From positions 32,001-96,000 of the IMG/VR virus record IMGVR_UViG_3300021426_000071: a DNA stretch of 64,000 nucleotides. The stretch is one strand, 5' to 3'. Every line of letters begins with the position of its first letter. The first letter of the stretch is position 1. The notes beneath the pieces were generated by a model that worked only from the letters and a program-made list of their open reading frames with translations, did no database searches and had not been told where the DNA came from. Shown piece after piece: positions 17,552 through 23,780 of the stretch. The DNA comes from a virus. Its lineage: Duplodnaviria > Caudoviricetes. The position numbers were made by a program, and so were the translations under genes.

Positions 17552-17862
17552 TCCCAGCACCTCCACTCTGTAATCTCCACCGTATAATCGGTGGGCGCTT
17601 CGTCTTCTATTTCCACATCAAGAAGCTTTGCGTTCGCGAAATCATCGGGGATGTTGTAGTTCTCGCCACTTTCATCCCAGATGTGGCAACACCGCCACTC
17701 CATGTCAAGATTTCCGTTCTTGGCGCTCCAGTACGTCTCGAGACGATTAATCGTCAGTTCTCTTCCGTCAGGAAGCGCAAAGCGAGCCGTGTTGATATAC
17801 ACGTCCTCGCTGTTCGTCTTCCCTTTGAATTCAATTGTCACAACGACACCCCACTTCCTCAT
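17548..17862 (-). CDS. acidic hypothetical protein
   Basis: ORF in the gene string. Confidence 0.65.
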   Translation of the reverse strand: MRKWGVVVTIEFKGKTNSEDVYINTARFALPDGRELTINRLETYWSAKNGNLDMEWRCCHIWDESGENYNIPDDFANAKLLDVEIEDEAPTDYTVEITEWRCWE

Positions 17863-18253
17863 ATTCCCTTCCGTTAAACAGGCGCACAGCGCCTGAAGTC
17901 AACAACATCACCCGTGCTTCCTCGAGCGTAGCGCACATCACGCGCTTGCCACCCTCGAAGTAGACGGGGAACATGCGCCCGATTGGGCGCGTCTTCTTGG
18001 GGCGATCTGCGAAGGGATTCTCGCAGTAGCCCTGTCGCACTGCCCACTCCTCGCACGGAGTGAGCAGATGCCTGTACTTCCACGCCTGACGATCCTCGAC
18101 GTAGGTGTTCATGTCGTCATAGAACGACATGGTACGTCCGCGCTGAAGGTCGGCGGCATCACCCCGAGACTGCACGTACAGTCTCTCCTGAATGTCGTAC
18201 TTCCGCGCCTTGAGCGTGTTCGCCGCTACGGCGCTGTTGCCCCTGCTGCTCAT
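17831..18253 (-). CDS. hypothetical protein
   Basis: AAGGAG RBS; start uncertain. Confidence 0.5.
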   Translation of the reverse strand: MSSRGNSAVAANTLKARKYDIQERLYVQSRGDAADLQRGRTMSFYDDMNTYVEDRQAWKYRHLLTPCEEWAVRQGYCENPFADRPKKTRPIGRMFPVYFEGGKRVMCATLEEARVMLLTSGAVRLFNGREYEEVGCRCDN

Positions 18254-18450
18254 ACGCCCCACTCCTTTTTGAGTGCGGCGCACTCTTCCTGCGTGATGAT
18301 CCCACGATAGTAATCACGCATGATTACATCGCGGATTGTTTTATCCAGATACTTCCCCAGAGCCATCCCTGACTTGTGGGCTTCCTCGCGGTGCTCGCGC
18401 ATAGTCTTGCGAGCGAGCACCGCGTCGATGTGCTCGTTATACCACAGCAT
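18250..18450 (-). CDS. hypothetical protein
   Basis: AAAGGGGG RBS. Confidence 0.6.
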   Translation of the reverse strand: MLWYNEHIDAVLARKTMREHREEAHKSGMALGKYLDKTIRDVIMRDYYRGIITQEECAALKKEWGV

Positions 18451-18462
18451 AGTATCCCCCTT

Positions 18463-18609
18463 TCATCCCAGAACGGCATCCTGAAGGATGTCGCACTGAT
18501 CCATGTCAAGATCGTACTTGTTCGCGACCTTGACGAGTGCCGTACAAATATCCTGCCCATCGCGAACGAGGGAGAGGACTTCCTGCGCGAGGTCGGAGTA
18601 GATGAACAT
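18463..18609 (-). CDS. 48-aa acidic protein (not in ORF track)
   Basis: MFIYSDLAQEVLSLVRDGQDICTALVKVANKYDLDMDQCDILQDAVLG*; TAATG coupling. Confidence 0.6.
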   Translation of the reverse strand: MFIYSDLAQEVLSLVRDGQDICTALVKVANKYDLDMDQCDILQDAVLG

Positions 18610-18860
18610 TACACCCACCCCCTGACCTCGGCGGTCTCCCAGTAAAGGGAGTCGGAGTCCGAGTACTCGGACTCGATGGCAGCAATCTGCCCCTCGAGGT
18701 CGGCAATCTGCTCCTCGAGGTCGTCAATGCGGGACTCCGCGTATGCGGCTTCCTCGCCGTCATCGTAAAACTCCGCATCGCGGAGATCACGATACCAGTG
18801 CCCACTCATAGCTCTGATATCGGCAATGCGGGACTCAATCTCGGCAACTTCGTAGAACAT
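18609..18860 (-). CDS. very acidic coiled-coil small protein
   Basis: Heptad-like ESRIADIR / ESRIDDLE / EQIADLE / GQIAAIE; GAAAGGGG RBS. Confidence 0.7.
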   Translation of the reverse strand: MFYEVAEIESRIADIRAMSGHWYRDLRDAEFYDDGEEAAYAESRIDDLEEQIADLEGQIAAIESEYSDSDSLYWETAEVRGWV

Positions 18861-18974
18861 ACTGCCCCTTTCTGCCCATTCCGGGCATGCGCACAAATCG
18901 CAGGTGATGACGCACCTGCCAACAATAGTGTCTCATCCCACCATCAGCGCGAAGCGTGACAGCAGGTCGAGAAA

Positions 18975-19049
18975 AGGCGAGGGTGGGCGTCGAACCCACT
19001 TCGGGCGAGCCGCGAAAAGCGCGTGCACACCCGATCCACTCTCCCCGCC
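18975..19049 (-). ncRNA. tRNA-like element A: acceptor stem, T arm, stemless D-loop and a long hairpin; no canonical anticodon
   Basis: GGCGGGG/CCUCGCC 7 bp; GUGGG-UUCGACG-CCCAC; AGAGUGGA; UCGGGUG...CGCCCGA. Confidence 0.65.
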
Positions 19050-19068
19050 TGAATGGGAAGACCGCGAA

Positions 19069-19743
19069 TTACTTCGCGGACTTCTTCGTCTTGAGGTAAC
19101 GGGCACGAGTCAGCTCGGGGATCTCGACCACGAGTTCCGCAGTCTCAGAGCCTGCCTTGACCTTGCATCCGTCAACCTTGATAGTTCCCGCCTTGACCAT
19201 CGCGTCAAAGAGACGGCGATAGACAATCTTCAGGAATTCAGAGCGACCGCGAGTCTCCATGGCCGCCTTGCCTGTCTTGACAAACTGGCGAGTATTAGAG
19301 CGGGACGAATCCCCCGCGACCGCTGACACGAGCGTGTTGACAAGGTCGCAGTCAGATCCCGCCTGAAGCTCATACTTGCCGAGAAACTCCACGAACGCAT
19401 CACGGAGCGCCTTCTCATCCTCAGCGGCGGAGTACGCCTTGTAGAGAGCCTTCGCGTGTGCACTGTAGTCCACGCGAGTCCATGCGGACACCACGTCCGC
19501 ATATGCCGCTTTATAGGTCTCGACAAGGTCTTCGCGCTCTTTGATAGCCGCGTCAACCTGATCCGAAGTCATGATAGAACTTCCCCGCATGTTATTGAGA
19601 TACTTAATTGAGCCTGTCTCGCTCTCAATAGCTTCCGCCAGTTCGAGCTTGTACTCCGAGCGCCAGACGGACTTCACCATGAACATGGCGACTTCCTCAG
19701 AGAATGTGCGTGTTGCGTCAAAAAGATTGATCTTGCGTGCCAT
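19069..19743 (-). CDS. 224-aa hypothetical protein, first gene of the leftward transcript
   Basis: AGAAAGGTG RBS; bracketed by tRNA-like elements. Confidence 0.8.
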   Translation of the reverse strand: MARKINLFDATRTFSEEVAMFMVKSVWRSEYKLELAEAIESETGSIKYLNNMRGSSIMTSDQVDAAIKEREDLVETYKAAYADVVSAWTRVDYSAHAKALYKAYSAAEDEKALRDAFVEFLGKYELQAGSDCDLVNTLVSAVAGDSSRSNTRQFVKTGKAAMETRGRSEFLKIVYRRLFDAMVKAGTIKVDGCKVKAGSETAELVVEIPELTRARYLKTKKSAK

Positions 19744-19800
19744 AAGTTACCACCTTTCTGCCCACTTCGGGCGTAAAAAATATGCGCACTATTGCGCTAG

Positions 19801-19849
19801 TCACACTTGGGGCATCGAACCCCAGACCGCCACTAGTTTCTCAGTGTGA
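19801..19849 (-). ncRNA. tRNA-like element B: 49-nt mini-tRNA lacking the whole anticodon arm
   Basis: UCACACU/AGUGUGA 7 bp; UGGGG-UUCGAUG-CCCCA; CUAGUGGC D-loop-like segment. Confidence 0.65.
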
Positions 19850-20192
19850 ACCACTGCCCATGCTACGATTCATCCCGCACGTCTAAACGGACTTTCCACA
19901 ATGTGGCAGGGAGTACCAAGGGAATCCACCTTGGCAGAGGACAGACTATCAGCCCTTACTTTGACGACTGACTGACTCGGACGCCTGTCGAGTGCACGCA
20001 CTCCCCCCTGTATAGCTACATGGGACTTCAATATTTCAGCGTTCCTTCATGCCATACCTCGATCGCACTCTCACCTGCAGGCTTTATTGGCTCCATGTTG
20101 GGGCTCCATCCCCGAATACTACCATCCCTTTATTTGCCCTTCAGAAGTAAAGCAGGTTACCACCAATCGCACTTCCGGCACTTCCGGCACGC

Positions 20193-20210
20193 TATCGATT
20201 TTCAAGGTAC
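20193..20210 (-). promoter_or_regulatory. boxA-like antitermination element GTACCTTGAAAATCGATA
   Basis: Resembles the Firmicutes rrn-leader boxA pattern (CTTTGAAAA); lies in the leader of the leftward operon. Confidence 0.45.
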
Positions 20211-20559
20211 TTTGCTAGGTTGACAGTTACTTTGCTTTTGCCCTTCAAACCTTGATTTTAAGGGCGGCATCGATAGAGCCGTGACTCTTTCGATGGTTAT
20301 ACCCTAATCTATTTTTATGCACCGGTCAAATTTTCCCAAAAAGCCCGTATTTACTGGAAAAAATCACCATTTTTCACACTTAAAGAGGGATAAAATTCCG
20401 GGGGATTCCGGCCGTGTATTTGAATGTGTATTACGCAAAAAGGGGCGTATTTTCAACCAAAACGGCGTATTACAATTTGTATTACGCTACAGGTGTTCAC
20501 CACCAACACCAACTCAAAAATCCATCCTCCCCAACCAAAAAACTCCACCCATTCCCCAT

Positions 20560-21110
20560 TCTTCAAATGCATAATTATGCATAATCTATGCATAATATTC
20601 ATTATCGGCCACTCACTCGCGCTTCTTATCTTTGCATGAAATAATACAATTAGAATAGCTGCAAAAGAAATTAAGATCAGGAATTAAATCGATTTTGGAT
20701 CAGAGAAGAAATGACTGCATCGTTAGAAGAGTTTAACGATTGCTCTTTATTGGAGAATTTTTGAGGGTGCTAAATTTCTGCTAGGCAGCTTAGCGAATAA
20801 GCGCCCGAGAAAATTCGCCAATAGTTATAAAGAACTATAGTTATTAATAGCAGTAATTAACTAAGTTCTTTATAACCTTGTGTTAACTAATTAAACATAA
20901 GCCATTGTTTAATTATATGCGTTAGCTAATTATATAATGCCTATAATTAACTAGTTATCTATAGCTATAATTAACTATTAGTTCATAGCATTAGTTAACT
21001 ATATATTAATTACTGCTATAATTAACTATTAAATAATACCATTAATTAACTATATATTAATTAATAGCAATTAAACAATAGCATTAATTATATAATTATA
21101 TATATAGGGG
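20560..21110. repeat. AT-rich non-coding region with TTAACTA-core iterations and inverted repeats; candidate origin or terminus
   Basis: About 7 TTAACTA copies at 20855-21055; IR GTTATAAAGAACT/AGTTCTTTATAAC; ATGCATAAT x3; lies at the strand switch. Confidence 0.6.
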
Positions 21111-21179
21111 GAAGAGCAACTTGCATAGAAAATTTTTAGGTCACCTAATTATTTTTGCGCATCCCGCCATAAGGCGCAC

Positions 21180-21208
21180 TTGACATATACTAAATAGGGT
21201 ATTATAAT
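21180..21208 (+). promoter_or_regulatory. Consensus sigma-A promoter TTGACA-17-TATAAT for the right arm
   Basis: TTGACA 21180-85, TATAAT 21203-08; the spacer contains TAAATAGGGTA. Confidence 0.85.
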
Positions 21209-21258
21209 AAGATCATGAGATAGTCGAAAAATTAATACAGACGAAGGAGGAAACCCGG

Positions 21259-21618
21259 ATGGAACATTTCCCAAAAGGTACAGCAATAACATGGAATGAT
21301 GTATATGCCTTCTGCGGCAATAACGTAGTCGGACGCAAAACCAGAGAGACATTCGCTCGCCGTTATCCCGACGCTGGACAGTGTCTATGGGCAATTGCGG
21401 ACAGTCTTCACGGCCCATACTTCCCCGCCAACTATTACTGGGCAGTTACCGAATACGACATGACCGAAGACCAGTATCACGCGGCGGTTCGTGCGGCGGC
21501 TGAAGAGATCTACGAGCAGCGAAAGCTTCATAAAGATGAGACGCTTGAGTACTGGATCTTCGCGATCAATAACTGCCGAGTCCTTCTTGAGAGAATACTG
21601 GAGAGGGACAACACATGA
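21259..21618 (+). CDS. hypothetical protein
   Basis: AAGGAGG RBS; ATGA overlap with the next gene. Confidence 0.75.
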   Translation: MEHFPKGTAITWNDVYAFCGNNVVGRKTRETFARRYPDAGQCLWAIADSLHGPYFPANYYWAVTEYDMTEDQYHAAVRAAAEEIYEQRKLHKDETLEYWIFAINNCRVLLERILERDNT

Positions 21619-22724
21619 TTTATCTGGATGTAGCCGCAACCACAAAGCCGACTCGGGCGGCGATTGACGAGTTTAACAGGATTTCTACAGACTGCTGGCT
21701 TAACCCTTCGTCGCGCCTCTACTCTACCGCTGCCGCACAGAATCTGGAGCGGGCGAGAGAGGATATAGCGAACGTACTGGGGGTTAGCCCCACAACAATT
21801 GTTTTCACCTCAGGCTCGACAGAGACGGCCAACTGGATTATCCGTCGCTCAGTCGGGGAGGGGGATCATATCATTACAACGCATCTGGAACACCCATGCG
21901 TATATAACACGGTACTGGAAACTAATTGTAATATCCACTTTTTAGATAATGACGAGAATGGTCAGATCGACCTTCTTACATTATATAATCTTCTAGAGTA
22001 CTGCAAGCGAACAGGGGGAAGGGTTCTCGTAGCAATCATGGGCGCGAATAACGAGATCGGTACAATTTACCCTACTAGGCTGATCGGCGAGATGGTTCAC
22101 AGCTATCCGAAAGCCCGCTACTTCTGTGACGCGACGCAGCTTTGGGCGCATGGCGAGATTGATATTGAAGGGGTCGATTTCGCGTGTGCGTCCGCCCATA
22201 AGTTCGGCGGCTTTAAGGGAAGCGGCTTCCTATATGTCAAAGAGGGGGTCGATCTTCCGCCGCTGATCTATGGGGGACATCAGGAGCACGACATGAGGGC
22301 AGGAACCGAAAATCTGGCGGGCATCTGCGCGATGTCGCTCGCGTTTAAGGAAAGCGCAAAGAGGCGTCATCAAAGTTTAATTAGGGCACTTTCCGTCCGT
22401 GGCCATGCTATGAATCTTTTCTCTGGCAGCTACCGTGTAAACGGAGGGATCGATGTACTTCCGAATATATTGAGCGTCACAATGCCGAGCGGCGATGCGA
22501 GTAAAGTAATCGCGGCGCTCTCATTAGATGAAATCTATCTCTCAGCCGGATCGGCGTGTTCACTCGGACTGCCTGAGCCTTCAAGGATTCTAATGTCAAT
22601 CGGACTCAGCGAGATGGAGGCCAGAAGAACAATTCGCATCTCGTTCGACGACACAATTACTGCGGAGGATATAGATACGGTATTTAAGAAAATCGAGAAC
22701 TACAGGGAGATGCTGGATGATTAA
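21615..22724 (+). CDS. iscS: PLP-dependent cysteine desulfurase (IscS/NifS/DndA family)
   Basis: IYLDVAATT, NPSS, FTSGSTE, EHPCV, ANNEIGTI, DATQ, SAHKFGG, RAGTEN, SAGSACS, IRISF. Confidence 0.92.
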   Translation: MIYLDVAATTKPTRAAIDEFNRISTDCWLNPSSRLYSTAAAQNLERAREDIANVLGVSPTTIVFTSGSTETANWIIRRSVGEGDHIITTHLEHPCVYNTVLETNCNIHFLDNDENGQIDLLTLYNLLEYCKRTGGRVLVAIMGANNEIGTIYPTRLIGEMVHSYPKARYFCDATQLWAHGEIDIEGVDFACASAHKFGGFKGSGFLYVKEGVDLPPLIYGGHQEHDMRAGTENLAGICAMSLAFKESAKRRHQSLIRALSVRGHAMNLFSGSYRVNGGIDVLPNILSVTMPSGDASKVIAALSLDEIYLSAGSACSLGLPEPSRILMSIGLSEMEARRTIRISFDDTITAEDIDTVFKKIENYREMLDD

Positions 22725-23034
22725 GGTAACCGAAGACTATTATATAGAGCCGCTGATTCGCCCGACTCAGTTTGTTTTAAAGCATCGGTACATGTCAAAG
22801 CCGAGAGACGGCGGGGAGCCTACAGAGCGATTTGCTGTTGACGGCTACTATACGACCATTAGAGGAGCACTTAGGGGTTTAGCCAAACAAGTTAGCGCAG
22901 AGATCATTGCAGAGGGGTCGTACAGTCTTTCAGACGCCCTCAACAGGATTTCAGAAGAATGGGATAGGCTTTGTCAGAAAATTGACGGGGCTACTCCTTG
23001 GGAGGAAGAAGTTGGAAAAAAGAAAAATATTTGA
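22717..23034 (+). CDS. hypothetical protein
   Basis: Coupled ORF. Confidence 0.7.
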   Translation: MIKVTEDYYIEPLIRPTQFVLKHRYMSKPRDGGEPTERFAVDGYYTTIRGALRGLAKQVSAEIIAEGSYSLSDALNRISEEWDRLCQKIDGATPWEEEVGKKKNI

Positions 23035-23779
23035 GCTATTAACCGGGCAGTTCGAGACCGAGGAATTTAAAAATTATTATTTAGATATGGTTGAGCATAT
23101 TCCCGATTACATCTTCACCATGCCGAGTTCAACTTCAGGCAAATACCATAATGCTACGCAGTGTCAGGTTTATGGGCAGCTATATCATATCTTTATGTTC
23201 CACAGCATTCTCGAACACCGCCTGAGACTCAAGGGTAATAAGGAGAAATTCTCTACGCCGCAGGAGCGGGATGCAATGAGGTGTGTACCAGCATTCCATG
23301 ACGCGGTAAAGTGCGGTTGGAACGGATCTCAGCACACCGTTGCGAATCATCCGGTGCTGGCTGCGCAGTGGGTGCTGGACACTAAGGTTGATCACGACAT
23401 TCCTGCGGACTGGAAGAATTGTATCGCAGCCATGTGTGAGTCGCATTCCGGCGAATGGAATAAAGATCGCAGCGGCAACGTGATTATGGCCGAGCCGAGA
23501 AACGAGCGCGAATTTTTTATTCACGAGTGTGACATTCTCGCGTCCCGTGCAGACCTTGATTGGATTATCTCAGACGATCTTAAGACGGTATTAGGTCAGG
23601 AGGATCCCGCACCGATTGAGGACTATGAAATTCCGATTGGCAAATATCGGGGGCGAAAGCTTGTTGAGATCTTTAATGAAGACCCAGATTATTGCCGCTG
23701 GATGCGGGAGAACATTGAGCGGCAGCCGCTGAAGAGTATGGTGGAAAGACTTTATGAGCAATCGGAGGGAGTGAAGTGA
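23012..23779 (+). CDS. HD-domain phosphohydrolase with a C-terminal GKYRG..L.EI..DPDY motif
   Basis: SSTSGKYH, GQLYH, FHDAVKCG, HP, SHSGEW, HECDILASR; TTG start with GGAGG RBS. Confidence 0.8.
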   Translation: MEKRKIFELLTGQFETEEFKNYYLDMVEHIPDYIFTMPSSTSGKYHNATQCQVYGQLYHIFMFHSILEHRLRLKGNKEKFSTPQERDAMRCVPAFHDAVKCGWNGSQHTVANHPVLAAQWVLDTKVDHDIPADWKNCIAAMCESHSGEWNKDRSGNVIMAEPRNEREFFIHECDILASRADLDWIISDDLKTVLGQEDPAPIEDYEIPIGKYRGRKLVEIFNEDPDYCRWMRENIERQPLKSMVERLYEQSEGVK

Positions 23780-23780
23780 T

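Noticed and set aside
18975-19049. Canonical tRNA-Glu (UUC falls at positions 34-36)
   Set aside because: No 5-bp anticodon stem with a 7-nt loop, no U8 and no proper D stem; kept only as tRNA-like
19801-20290. tmRNA, c-di-GMP-I riboswitch (ACCATCGAAAGAG), or hammerhead/theta ribozyme
   Set aside because: No G3-U70 or tag ORF inside the acceptor helix; riboswitch P2 and ribozyme cores not found by eye
20020-20639. Short plus-strand ORFs in the divergent interval
   Set aside because: No RBS, atypical composition, and overlap with repeats and structured leader
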